From Geosiphon pyriformis uo1 (taxonomy: Eukaryota; Fungi; Glomeromycota), in the NCBI GenBank assembly GCA_016748015.1, contig JAAOMT010000675.1, positions 248,001-312,000 of the forward strand: DNA of 64,000 nucleotides. Reading direction: 5' to 3'. The translations under genes were made by a program, and so were the position numbers. This document shows positions 39,701 through 53,800 of this stretch, one piece after another. Under the pieces are notes generated by a model. That model ran no database searches and was not told where the DNA came from. It was given only the letters and a program-made list of their open reading frames with translations. Positions within the stretch are counted from its first letter, which is position 1; each line of letters begins with the position of its first letter.

Positions 39701-42700
39701 TCTTTAAGACTGAAAAATTATTATTATAAAAAACATTAAGCTTGCTATAAATAAACGAGATTTGATCTAATAGAACTTTGAACAAAATTTTTCTTATAGT
39801 CTTAATTAATGTAATAGACTGTATATTAATTAAAATACTATTCTATTCATAAAGCTTGAGAATTATTAAGACTTATGTCTTTTTTTAAAGATTTAAAATA
39901 TCACCAAGTTTAAAACAAGAATTTAGTAAATCCAAAAAAACATCTTATTATTTTATCACTATAGTGTTTTTATAATTTATTCAATATGTCAGAAAAACCA
40001 ATGGCTTTTTTATCAGGTAATTTATTAATCATTAAAACCAATTTTCCTAGACTAATGTTATTTATTACACTAAAGAAAGCATTATTCTTTACATGCCCCA
40101 AAGAAGCATATTGATAAGCTTATAAATTAAGCAGAATCAAAGGAATCTTCTGCTTTCTTGTTTATTTTGTTATAATATTGTTCACTTTAAACTTTATCTC
40201 ATTTGGCTCTAAAATTAATTCTTTTCTAACTATCAAATAATTCAAAACAATCTTGCAAAAAAGTCGTTTTAAAACACTTTTTATTATGCTACCTTTATTT
40301 AAACTGAAATTTTCTATTTACTTCTTAATTGCATTCTTAATAAATATACTTTTGACCACTTTTAATTTATAATATTTTGATTTATAATATTTTGATTTTC
40401 AATAATTTTTCTTAATTCTTAACAAATATTCAATAATCTTTGTTGGTTCTATACTATTATGAAACATAATAATAACTTTAAAAGTTATAGTATTATTAAT
40501 AATTGACCAAATTCTAACAAATTGATTAAAATTAAATGTTTTATTTGAATTCAAACTCTTTACTATCTTAGCAATCAATAATTTTAGCTTAAAAAACTTC
40601 AAAGATTGTTTGTTTTTTAAGCAGTCAAAATTACAAAACCAATATTTAAAGAACATCTTATTGGCCAAATTAACTATAACACTTTTTAATATCTTCTACA
40701 TTTTACACAAATTTTTTTTATTCTTTGCATTTACAAAATTACTCATTATTCTTAATGACTTAGCAGAAAAACAATCTTTGAAATGCATTTATTTGGCTTT
40801 ATTTGTATTCTTAATTCAAAACTTTTATTAATTCTTATTAATCTGTTTGTAGACAGGTTTTTTAATTTAATTGAGACCATAACTGTCTTATAATTAGTAT
40901 TAAAAAACTCAGATACAGATACAATCTTACACCCAATAATTGCTAAAAACAGACTTTTACTCATGAAAATATAGTCAATAATTTTTTTTATCTCTTTGGA
41001 GTTGCTTTAAATAATTAACTTAAATAAAAAATGTCCACTTAATAAATTAATTAAACTCATATCTAAACACTTCTTGAAACTTGCATATTTTTTAGAACTA
41101 TTTTTATTGAAATCACCACTCAGAATCACAAAAAAACTAGAACTAATTATATTAAAAATAACTGAATTGACATTAAAAGCTTAATTAAACCACATTTTGG
41201 CTAATATACCAATATATAGACCCAAAACTATAACTGAAAATTTGTCTTTAAAAAACAACCAAATTAAAATGATTCTACTAAGAACTTTTTCAACTTTTAA
41301 TACATGCAAAACCAAAAAACAGTTTATAACAACAGCCATTCTAATACCAAAAATATTTTTTTCAATGTCTAATGTAAAAATCTGAATGCCATTAAACTTA
41401 TTTTTAATCTATAGCTTAATATTAAATCTCAACTTAATTTTAATAAGATTAGAAATTATGTTGTCGGATTTTAAATACCAGTGAACAATATTCTTTTGTT
41501 TTGCCAAATTGTTCATATCTCTAATATTATATGTAGCTATTTTTCAGATAAACTTGTTTATTAAAATAAAAAATGTACTAAAAAACTTGAATTTACATAC
41601 AACCAATTCAATTTCTCTAAAATTAAGCCAACAAAAACTTCAAAAGCTACTAATTTTGATTCCAATCTATCTGTTTTAGTAATAAAAATATTTGAATTAC
41701 TTAAACTTAAATCCAAAACTTTGTCTTTCATTACTAGAAAAAAAGAAACAAAAAGCAACTAAGAGTTATCTAAAACCATGTTTATATCTGATTTCAACAA
41801 TGTTGACACAAGAACTACTAAAAGCAAAAATTAAAAATTGAACATCAAAGGCATTTGTTCTATATTACTCAGTTGTTACACAATACCAAAAACTTAAACA
41901 GCCAAAAGCTTTAGGGAGCACTCCAAAAAAGCTAAATAAACATTAATTAAAGGATTGTTTTAATTAGCCAAAAAATTTTTTTTCTTATAGAAAACACCAG
42001 AAAAAGACAATTCAAAACCAGAATTGAAGTTATTATTATCAGAAAAAAAACAAATAAAACCACTTGTGTCTATAATTTGCCACTAAAAGCAACAAAATAG
42101 GAAATAGAAATATTTTTCTTCATGTATAGCTTGGCCAATTGAAGATAATTTGCATTTAAAGCAGATCTTTTAAATATTTTTAAAGACTTTAAAGTAAATG
42201 CATTTGGTGCATTACACTTTAAAGCAGAATAGCCAAATTTTTCATACTTTTTACACTAAATCAAATTTATTTTAACCCAAGCAAGTTTTACACTACTAAA
42301 AATTAGCTTTGTATAAAAAACAGATTTAAGTTCTTTTTCTGATTTAAAGCCAACTATAACACAGCAAACATTATTGCCAATCTTGAATAAATAATTGATG
42401 ACACAAGTTTTCTTATCAGTCTCTTTCAAAAAACACCAAAATTATAAACTGTTGTTTCTACTAACAGAGTAAACAAAAGCATTCTGAAATGATCTTTTAA
42501 CATTCAAGTTTTACAGTCTTTTATAGTTTTAGCTATATATACCAAATTTTTTCCAATTAAAAATAACTATTTTTTTGCCAACTAATCTGCTTGTTCTAAT
42601 TTGGCAAATTCTATCACAGTTTTTTGTTACAGCTTAATTAATTATAATCAGATTGATTTAATTTGTCTAAATTCAGATACTATAACAATAATCATTTCTT

Positions 42701-44370
42701 TTAACATGTCTATAAGAATTTTTTTGATTACTACAGCTTAATTTGAGCACATTTTTGTCTCTTAATATTGTTATTTATAGAAAATAGGAATTATAATAAT
42801 AGTTAAAATAGCCAATCAAAAATAGGCATAGTAAAAAGAAAAATTTTAGGATTCCTTTTAAGAAATTGCAAAATTCCAGAATTTTTTCAAAGAAATTGAA
42901 GAATTTCAAAAAATCTTGTATAACATAAATTATGTATATATAGCAAGAGTATTAAAAGCAAAAAAATTATTGAATACAATTCAATTTAGTTCAGAATAAC
43001 AATATTTCTCTTTTTAAAAATAGTTTTCTATGACTTAAAGTGGAATTATATTAATATTAATAAAATATCTAATTAATATTTAATCCATATTATTATTGCT
43101 TGATTAAAAATATTAATTAGTTTTACCACTATTAACACTTTATGTTGATAGAATTCAATACTTAACCATACTAAACCAATAGCTTTTAATTATAGCTATT
43201 GACAGAATACTAATTTTTTATTTTTTTTTTCTTATTTTCTTTAATTTTTTTTTGTTTCTTTGTTGTTTACTAATTGATTAAAAAGATTAAACACTAAGTA
43301 TTTGACATTAAAAATAGTCTGGTAAAAGATTTGAAAACAAGAATAAAAAACTTAAGAATAGCTTACCAAAAAGGCATAACTGTTAGAATAAACTGGCCAC
43401 CATATTGAAAAAAAAAATTTACAGAAAAAACTATCAATTGAATCTCTGTCTATTATACAAAAGACTTAATCAAAACCTTTAAACTTTAAAACCTTCAGAA
43501 ATTACCAACATTTACCAGCTATTGAGCATTAAATTATGAGTTTATTATTTGTTCTAACATCCTAAATAATTACTTATAACAACATTATTGTTTATGATGA
43601 TCTATTTATTTCAGCCAATAATACAGCTTTCTTTATACTTTTTTCAGATGTAAATATTAATTAGATAATCTTTTTAAATTTTGAAAGAGTAGTAATCTTC
43701 TTAAAACCATTAATTGTTAAAAAAAGTTTTCTAATCACTTGAGTTTTTGCTGTCATTAACTTTTTTTTAACTACTAAAAAATTAATGTTCAAAGCAAAAA
43801 ATATTTTGACAGCTACTTTCACCTAAGTTTTTATTATTTTAGGATCAATTTACTTTTTTTTAAAAGAGAGATTAAGAAAAAAAAAAAAAGTTCTTTGTTT
43901 TTATCTATGCTATAATCAATTAAATTAATAAAAGAGCCACAAACTAGACTAGTATCCACTCTTTTAGCTTTAAGAGTATTCACTGTTAAGCCAAAAAAAG
44001 AACCATTTTCAATACTAACTAAAACACTATTATCTTCACTATTATTAAACTTATTGTTTATATCTGAATATATATTACTATTAACACTAAATTTGATTAA
44101 AAAAATATTTTTTTTATTACTAGAATGCTTAATATTACCAATAGAAATCTTTTTCTTTTGGAAAAAAAAACTTTTAACAAAACCATGAAGAATTCTATTA
44201 AGTACTTTTTTTTTAAACATAATACTACTTGCAGTAGCTATTAGATTTACTACAAAGAAATTATTTGCTTAAAAAATATTTACAAGAAAATAACAAGAAA
44301 AAATAAAAAACTTCTTTTTTAAAAATATGCTTTTTAGAATATTTAGAATATAAAAGAAAAAAAAGTTATC
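36763..44370 (-). mobile_element. Decayed full-length LINE related to 27503-34254
   Basis: Poly-T at ~36763-36772. Recognisable RNase H, RT (39262-39285 FFAAGAFVDN), APE and ORF1 remnants in order. 5' UTR end at ~44370. Confidence 0.85.
42769..43581. mobile_element. Solo LTR (813 bp) of a second family, inserted in LINE ORF1
   Basis: Termini TGTTAT...ATAACA and 4-bp TSD ATAT/ACAT. Removing it restores ORF1 collinear with 57815-57900. Confidence 0.75.
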
Positions 44371-45787
44371 ATAAATTATATTTAATTTAAAGTTAATAAT
44401 TATATTTGTTTTATTTTTTATTTTTTATTTTTTAATTTTGTTAAATATCTTTATTATTTTTGATTTTAAAATTGATTTAAATTTTGCTATTATTAAAATT
44501 AATAATTTAAAAAAATATTGTATTTAATAAAAAATTAGTATTGTTTTAAATATTTAAAATTAAATTACTTAATAATAGATTATAAAAAGTTTTTTTTTTT
44601 TTTTAAGTCTTTTAAAATTGTTAAGTACTGTTTTATAAATATTAAGTCTTATATTAAAATATTTGTTTTTTTACTTTTTTTGTTTTTGTTTTTTTGGCTG
44701 TTTTTGTTTTTTTTGTTATTATTATTGTTAATTTAATAGTTTTTTTTAATTGGTTTTTCTAAAATTTAATTTAATTTAATTAACTGTTTTAGTTAAGTTT
44801 ATTATTAAGTTTATTAATAATTTAATTATTGTGTTTAAATAATTTTTTAAAAATAATTATGATTTTAATTAATTGTTTATAAATAAAATTAAAAAGTTGG
44901 CAAAATATATAAGTATTTTTAACAAAATTGTTAATAAGTTAAATAAAAAAGTGATAAAATTAAAATATAATATAATATAAAAAATAAACTTAATATATTT
45001 AAATTTAATATTAATATATTTATAATTAAAAATCCAGATTATTTTAAATATAAAAAAGTATTTAATAATTTAATAATATTATAAAAACATAAAAATCTTA
45101 AAAAAATAATTTGATTTTATAAAAACTATTAAGTAGTTGACTGATTTTATTTTAGATAATTGAAATAATTCAAAATGTTTTTTTAGATAAGTTTTTTTTG
45201 TAGTTTTAATATAATTTAATCTTAATTGATTTAAATAACTAGTTATATATAAAAAACATAAGCTATATTTAATTTAAAATCTTATATAATCGTATTATAT
45301 TAAGTAATAATTGAATTGTATTTATTAAATAAAATAAAAATAAAAATTTTAATAAAATATTAAATTATAAAATCTATTTAAAAACAATATTTAAAATATT
45401 ATTAATACTATTAAACTAATAAAAACATTAAAAAATTAAATAAAACCAATATTTTATTTTTTATAAAAAAAAAACTTTAAATCATAAAATAGATTAAAAA
45501 ACACCAAAAAAACACTAATTTTTAATATTTAAAAAAATTAAATACATTATTTTTAAGAGAAAAAGTTGTTTTTAGTTATTTTGGCTTTTTAGTTGTTTAA
45601 ATAACAATAAAAAAATAATAAATTAATTATTAATTTATAATTAAAAATTTTAAGATTTTTTATAATAATAATAATTATATTAAAATTTTTTTAATATATT
45701 GTTTTAAAAGAACTTAAATAAAGAACAAATTTTATTTAAAGTCAAAAATAATACTTTTTTAAAAACTTTAATATTATTTTATTAATT

Positions 45788-45789
<2 letters not shown>

Positions 45790-45830
<41 letters not shown>
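45790..45830. repeat. (AAT)n microsatellite, about 13 units
   Basis: Read directly from the sequence. Confidence 0.9.
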
Positions 45831-45832
<2 letters not shown>

Positions 45833-46620
45833 TTATTAAAATTAGTACAAATTAATATTTGATTAATAAAATTATTGTGAAAACAAAAAAATTATGTTTT
45901 AATATAAATATATAATATTTATTTCAAAAAGTTATAAAAACTAAAATAATATAATTTTTTAATATTGTTAAATTTTTTAATATTAATATTAATAATTAAT
46001 TATTATTAAATTTTTTTGGTTTAATATTTATTGTTTTTTTTTAAAAAAAAAATTGCATATTTAATGTAATTTAGCTACCAGCTATTTTTATACAATATAA
46101 TTGTTATAGATTATATAACAAATTATGCATAATTAGCCATCTAAGTTTTATTGGTTTTAAGTTTTGCTTTTAAATACAATATAAAACTGCTTTGTTTAAA
46201 CCTTGTATTTTTAAAAAAAGTGAAAATTTCAAGTTTTTAGACATGTTATCAAAATTTAAAAACCTGTTTTTTATGCAGTTTCATCAAGTCTAGTTTGGGT
46301 ACCATGCATATTTTTACAGTTTACCGACAGAAAATAATGCACATCGATGTGTGTTATTGTTTTCTTTATACTTACTGGCAGGACAAAGTTGATATAACAC
46401 AAGGACAATATAATTTTATTGAAAGGAGACAGTAAAGATAAAATATTCTAAGTTGAATTAATTTGTCACAGCGAAATTTTGGGTGGATTGAGTAATTTAT
46501 CATGTGATCTAGTCTAGATCTTTTCTCCCACGAACAGTCCATAAATGTTGTGAAGAACAAGGAGAGAATATAGGGGGCATAAATTAGAAGACTACAATTT
46601 TTTAAATTGAAATAAATATC

Positions 46621-49007
46621 TTAACCACACTCTCCTTCCACATCACATTCTTCTGGCTCCTCATCATCACTTCCATCGTCTGGACTAGGAGGTTCAGATT
46701 TTCCGGTATTATTTTTTCCTAGTCTCTTTTGATACCCTAACTTCAAATTTACCAACACAGGATCATAGGTTTGCTGACGACGGAGTTTCAATAATTCGAG
46801 AACAGGATCAGAGGAACTTGCTACAACATGCGGCTTTGTGGATGAATCTTTAATGCTATTTTTCTCTTCTGCTTCCTTCGCAGCTGCGGCTGCATTTAAT
46901 TCGATATGCTGTTGCTCAAAGATTTTCTTGGCCTCGTGTTGCACAGTAAGCATGTCTCGTTCTGCAACTTTGGTTGTTTCTGTTAATGATTTAATCGTGA
47001 TTAATACGCTAGCCAATACCTCTTTGTAAATTTCAGATTCAATGTTGGCAAAGAGGGTGATTGCCTCGGCTGCAATATCATCAATTTCCTTGGCATAGTC
47101 CTCAAATTTCTTCTTTTTAGCTTTTTCATGTTTCTTGATGGATTCTCGAATATCATTCTTTGCTTCAGAAACCAGCTGAGTTAAAAGGCTCTCGGTTTCT
47201 TTTTTGTGATTTTCTATTTGTACTTTGAGAGTTTCTAAAGAATTTTCAGCATCCTTTCTGGCCTCTTTAGCCTTCTCTTTAAGTTGATCCAAAGCTTGTT
47301 TGGCAAATATAGTAACAGTTTCTTTTTTGTCGGATATGTTCTTTTCCGTATCCTGCTTCATTTGTTGCGTGAGTTGTTCAATTTTAAGGACATGTTCGGT
47401 ACTCGAACTCTTGATAGTGTTCGGTTTAATCATAACAAGATCCAGCGTGGTATTTTTGATATTTTCGACGTTAGTTTTGAAACTCTCGATATTATTTGAA
47501 ACATGATCTTTGAGCTTTTTGAGATTCTTTGATACGGCTTGATGAAGGGCAATTGTAGCAGTTTCAATGCTCGCCAATTCAGCTGCTTCTTTGGCTTTCC
47601 TCGCTTCCTCGGCTTTACGTTCAGCTTCCAATTTGGCTAATCTTTCGCGCTCTGCCTTTGCTTTACGTTCAACCTCCAATTGGGCTAATCTTTCGCGTTC
47701 TGCCTTTGCTTTACGTTCAGCCTCCAATTTGGCGAGTCTCTCCCTTTCTACCTTTGCTTTACGTTCAGCCTCCAATTTAGCGAGTCTCTCCCTTTCTACC
47801 TTTGCTTTACGTTCAGTCTCTTCTTTAATTTTCCTTTCTGCTTCCTCCTTTGCTTTTCTCTGGGCCTCTGCTTTTCTTTCAAGTTCTGCCGGGAACATGG
47901 TATAATAAATAAATTCCCAACCCGAAAGAATCGGAGGCTTGATTTGTGTTTCAAAAGTTGGAACAATTTTATGGATGTAGGTGTCTCTAATCACTATGAT
48001 AGTGTTATAGACCGTAGGGTCAATGTAGTCATTATAGAGGACAACAAGAGTATTCCATGATTTATTAACAAAGGATTCAAGGTTCTTTTGATACCAAGGT
48101 TTGACTGTTTTCTCGTTATACTTGGATACCCTGGCATATGCTAATGAAGCCTGATATTGGAAACGGTTCCAATAAGGATTTAAAATTTTGATCATCTCTT
48201 GATACGCTGAGTCAACGTGTTCTTTGACATATTCGTTATATAGCTCTTTAGATATTTCCCAGGCCGAAAGAGCAGGTGCGTGAACATAGTCGAAATAATA
48301 TGTTTTGACAATCTCGACCTTAGGCTGAGCAAAATCTAAGTAAGGTTTAGCATTACTTTCATACTGCAAATATGCCGAAGAGACCCATGGTTGTCCATGG
48401 TCGTTATAACTTTGCTTGAGTGTTTGTAAGGTTGGTTCATAAAAATTATCTTTAAGTAGGATTATCTTTGGTTCGATGTATTTTTGGAAAAGGTCATGGT
48501 GGATGATATACTGGGATATGCCATTTGAGCAAACGTAATTATTGAAAGGGGTTTGTTCTTTGATCGACCCATCCCCACAAGCAAATACCACATAAGATAT
48601 GTAAAATACGAAAAAGTTTTCCCAAGTAAAAATCCGACGTATAAGTCCTGGACTTTTTTCTTTCTTTTTAGCCTTCAAAGATTCAGATATTAAAGAATGT
48701 CAGTTGTGCAAGGGGAGAGGTGATATTTAGAAAAAAGTAGACTTACTATATTCACTTTCTTATTAACCTGAGTTTTAGGCTAAACATAAAAGGGAAAAAG
48801 AACCAAAGTTCAGACTTCTTAATTGTCACTTGGAAATATGAAAGAAGTTCCAACGCAACTGACCTTTGTTTGTTTGTGTGGAATAGCACTCTCAGGTTCA
48901 CGGATTAATGACGAATTCTTTTTACCGTTAAGTTGAACAGTACTGCCATTCACTTCACTTTTCGCCATCGGTTTCTTACTCTTTTTACTCTTTTTGCCTT
49001 CTCCCAT
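46621..49007 (-). CDS. Single-pass membrane, long coiled-coil protein of ~742 aa, tentatively SHE10/OSW7-like; 3 exons
   Basis: Exons 49007-48864, 48779-48747 and 48672-46621 are GT-AG, phase 0. Basic N-terminus, TM FFVFYISYVVFAC, Cys pair, Tyr/Pro-punctuated amphipathic helices, E/K/R/A repeat, coiled coil and acidic tail. The family name rests on architecture only. Confidence 0.82.
47612..47815 (-). repeat. 48-bp coding tandem repeat, ~4.25 units (ERKAKVERERLAKLEA)
   Basis: GCTTTACGTTC recurs at 47612, 47660, 47708, 47756 and 47804. Confidence 0.95.
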
Positions 49008-50814
49008 GATGTATAAAATTCATAAAAAGTTATGAAGGTTTCAAAATTTCACAAGTATCAAAGTAACTGTAGGTTTTAAAGATTGTTGATATATTTATAA
49101 ATTTATCAAAGCCCAGTTGTACGATTTTCCAATTGACAAATATAATATCACCGAAAAAACTGCATGATAGTGCTTATCAAATTACCTTAAAGAGTCTAAG
49201 TTTCTTTGGCCACTAGAATCTTCAGTAATTTTTACTAAATAGAAATGAACCGTGATATCCACAGGCGTGCCCAAAGTAGTATGTAAATTCAAACTTTTTT
49301 CGTGGAAAGAAAAGATCAAACACAAATATTTAGGCAGAATTGCTTTGCAGGTCTTTTGTTAATAAAATTGAATGAGTTGGAATGATTTAATAGGTAGAAC
49401 TGGTTTTTTATTTGGTATGTTTATGTATGTGTATTATGCAGCAAAATGAAAGATAGTTTCGGAATGGACAATGAAAGATTTTCGATTTAAAAAATGTGTT
49501 CTTTTATGATTGGCTCACGGATTAACAATGCCATTGATTACAAGATTTTCCGAGCCTCAATTATAATGATAATCTATTCGAAACATGGCTCTACGAAATT
49601 ATTTTTCCGGTCTTGTTTTATTGTTTGTTTGCTTATTGATTTTCCCGAAAAATATTATTGCGAAATTTAGTTCTAATTTTATAAATAAAATAAAGATATG
49701 AACTCAAAGATTCCAATATAAACAAGAAAAAATATTTTACACCAGAATTCCAAAAGAATATAAGACTTTTAAATATGAAAAAATCAGTTATATTGTAAAT
49801 TATTCTTATTGCAACTATTATAAGAAAATGTTTTTTAAAATAGTTAAAATCTGTTTTTCTTTTTCTAAAAAACAAGACTTTGGTTTTTTTTGTTTTCTTT
49901 GATGTTTTTACCAATTTTGTATTATTAACATTAATTATAATGTTAAAATTTATTTTGGTTGTAAACAAGAGTTTTTTTTTGTTTTAAACAATAATAATAG
50001 CAATACATTTATTGAATTTGTTTTAAATTATTATTTAATTGTATTAATTAAAAAAATATAATTTTGATTAATTATTACTAGTTGTAAAAACAAAACAAAT
50101 TATGTTTTAATATTATTACTTAAATAAAAAATAGCAAAAATAATAATAGTTTTAATTGACCAATTAAATATTAAAATTATAAATATTAGAATACCAAGAA
50201 TTTTAAATATATTAAAAGAAATTTTAAAAATATTAGAGATATTAAAAATAATAAAAAATATTAAAATATTTTATATTATTAAAAATAAATATATATATAC
50301 AAATAATAATAATTAACAAAAAATATCTAGTTATTAAACAATCAAGAATTAAAAATTATTTTTATTTTTGAATTAATATTATTTTAAATAAAAATTATTA
50401 TTTAAATTCATAAATTTAAAATACTAAAAATATAATTAATTTTATTATTTTAAACCAATAGTTTTTGATTATAACTATTAATAAAATGTTATTTTTTTTT
50501 ATTGTTTATTTGTTTTGTTGTTGAATTAATTTATTAAAAAAAAATAGTGCAAAAAATATGATATTACTTATAATTTAATATTATAAGTATAAAATTAAAT
50601 CAAAAAATTTGGATAATTAACCAAAAAAGCAAAAACACTAAAATAAATTTGTCAAAAAAAATAAATAAAGTTAAATATTAAGTATTAAAAGTTATTATAT
50701 AATTAAATATTTGTTTATTATACAAAAAACTCTATTAAAAAACTTTTAATCTTCAAATATTTCTATTATATAATAGTATTAAATTAAAAAAATTTATTTT
50801 ATTATATATATATT

Positions 50815-53800
50815 TTTTATTATGTATTTAATAAATATAATTTAACTACTATCTAAAATTACAGAATTATATAAACTTTTATATTAAGTATGGCTTATGT
50901 TTTTTCTATATATGACCAATTACTTAAACCAATTAAAATAACACTAAGTACTTAAATTATCTACAATTAAGAAGTTATACAAAAAACTAAAATATATACT
51001 AGACAAATAAAAATATAGACCAAAACAAACATGAATATCCAACTTAATACCAAAATTGTAAATTATCTTAAAAGACCACAAAGATATTAAATCAGATATA
51101 GCTGATATTACAAACCTATCATATAGTAAAAAACTATGGTTTTTATAATGTATTTTTAGTTTAGCAATTAGTAATTACATAGTAAATCTGTAACTCTTAG
51201 CAAAAACTTGGACCAAATTGATAACCAGTGATGTACTATTAGAACTGTCATCCAATAGATATACTGTATTAGCAATCTACTTTTTTATTATAAAGTTTTT
51301 GGCTAGCAATATATATAAATAATTAGAAAATTCAGTCTTATATAAAGATCAGATTATTACATTGTTAATAACACATATACTCAACAAATTATTTTATATT
51401 TTAATAGTCTTTAAAATTAAATTTCTTCTAGTGTTATCATTATGGATGCAAAAAAATATGTAACCAGAGTTTTCAACCAACTTATATCTAATACACAATA
51501 TGCTAGAATATCTTAAATCATATAATCTCTTTCTTTTGGCTACAAGTAATTAATAATACAAGATCTTTATAAAATAAAACTGAAAAATTACAAAAGCAGA
51601 ACTGGTAAATTTAGATTAAATCTGATCATCAAGATACCAGACATTAAATGTTTTATTTATATTAATTATGTTACATATAGTATTATCTACAATATTATCA
51701 GTATATTTGGAATTTCAACCAATAAAACTGATAGCTTCAAAAAGACACTTAATAAAATAACAAACATTTTCAGAAACAAATTTGTTTTTAATAGTATTAT
51801 CCAAGTAGAAAAATCAATCCAAGTTATAAAGAAACATAATCAAAAATGTGATAACATAGAATAATATGAAAGAATACAGAATAATTCATAATAACTTAGG
51901 ATAACACAATACAAAACATGAAAACATGATATAATACAAAAGAACTAATCAAACTTAGGATAATTAGTAATAAATTAGAGAAACAAAGCAATAACAAAAA
52001 TAGTAAACAATAATTAACAATAACAAATGATCAAAAGCAGTTTTGTAAAACTAAGAGAAATATATAAAAAAGAGTAGTTATAGAAGATAAAAAGACAGGC
52101 AGATAGACAAAAATCAACTTTCTTTTATTTATATCTGTTATATATTTCTTGTTATATCATATATCTTATATTACTAAAATAAAGAAAATATTAAGAAAAC
52201 CAAAATTCACATCTATATAATTCCAATACTCATGTATTTTAGCTGAATTAATCTTGTTTTTACCTTTGTTTTTGGTCAGATGTTCTTAGTATAAAACCAA
52301 CTTAAACCAGTATAACTTGGACCAATTACTCTTAATCATAACAATTAATGATACTAATTTCTCCTCTTTTATTTTTTTTTATAAAGCAGCAATATAGAAA
52401 AATTAACTTTTTGAAAATAAATTTCATAATAGCCTGGTAAAAAAGAGAAGCTCCTCTTAGAATTAAATATTAACATTATTTTATTAGCTTACCAGAAAGA
52501 CAAAAAGATATTACCAGATCTTAGCAACTGTGCTTAACTAACTTAAAAAAATAGCTTACATACATGAAGTTGTAACATCACAAAATCATCTCTCTGTGTC
52601 TTATAACTAAAGAACTTCATGAGTAAATTCACATCAATCAAAAAAACTTTTAGAAACTAATAACATTAACATATTAAACAAGTCTATTAACAGAAAACCT
52701 TCAAAAGCTTTCTAGAAATTCAAATTTTAAACACCAAATATTACCACTATATATCTTTAAGTTTATCTGTAAAAACAGCTAAATAGTGACATGACACTTT
52801 AATAAAAAGTGTAAGATTAAAGATGATGATAGTATTGGCAAAAAAATCAGTATATTCATTGCCAACAACTCTAAAATAACCATTAATCTTGTTTTAATTG
52901 ACTGAAAAATTCTTTAATATAATAATCTGGTAAATTTGGTTTCTTTCTATCTAGCATTTAGCACAAAAATTAGAACTGATAATTTTATTAATTAAGATAC
53001 TCATATCTATTAACACTTGGCTATTTGTAAACAAAGTAATTGAGCTAAACATTAAAACACATTTCAAAGTAAGAGTGATGGCTTGCAGTTCTGTCAGAGT
53101 TAAAGAAAGCAAGCCACATACTTTAATTCTTATATTTACATTAATGTTCAGAAAATAGGTAATAGTACTATTATAAGCATAAATAGATTCCAAATTTTTA
53201 ACTAAACTATTCATATAAACAACTATGTTATTTGACTTATTTTTTATAAAACACTCATTAACATATCTAAATTTACTAAAACAATAACCAGAAGAAAGAT
53301 AAAAAGCCAAAATATTATTATTAACTAAGCCACTATTCTTAATGAATTTAACCAGCAAATTAAATCAACTAGAAATTAGACTCCTGAAATCCAGTTTTTT
53401 TCATTTGCAAAAATTGCTCTATGTAAAACATTTGCCATGACAATACAAAAGTTGATTTGCAAAAATAATACCAAATTTTCTCAGTAATTTCACCACTTTT
53501 ATATATTTTTTTAAGTCCAAATATCTGTAATAGTGATATTACTATTAATATAGAAAACATTTAACAAGTTATTGTTTAAGGATAACTTACACAATGCCAG
53601 AGTATTAGTTACACTGACCAGAAAGCAATTCACAAAATTAATTAACAATGTGATCAAAAAACATAGAAGTTGTTAAGACATTTAACTAATAGCTTGCAAA
53701 TCTATTGTTCTGTGTTCAAACAATTTGCCAAAAATGTCATTTGAGTTGACAAAAACTACCAAATTTGTTAAAAAATTTTTGGTTTGCAATTATTTAAATA

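Larger units (their letters stand above)
34620..45345 (+). mobile_element. Second, older ORF1-only element, split by an LTR (35701-36553) and a full LINE (36763-44370)
   Basis: Pieces 35240-35650, 36555-36700 and 44370-45230 are collinear with 23990-26380. A LINE-type 3' tail and A-rich end lie at ~45236-45345. Confidence 0.6.

Noticed and set aside
47612-47815. Regularly spaced repeats as a CRISPR array
   Set aside because: They are contiguous in-frame 48-bp coding units without unique spacers, inside a spliced eukaryotic gene.
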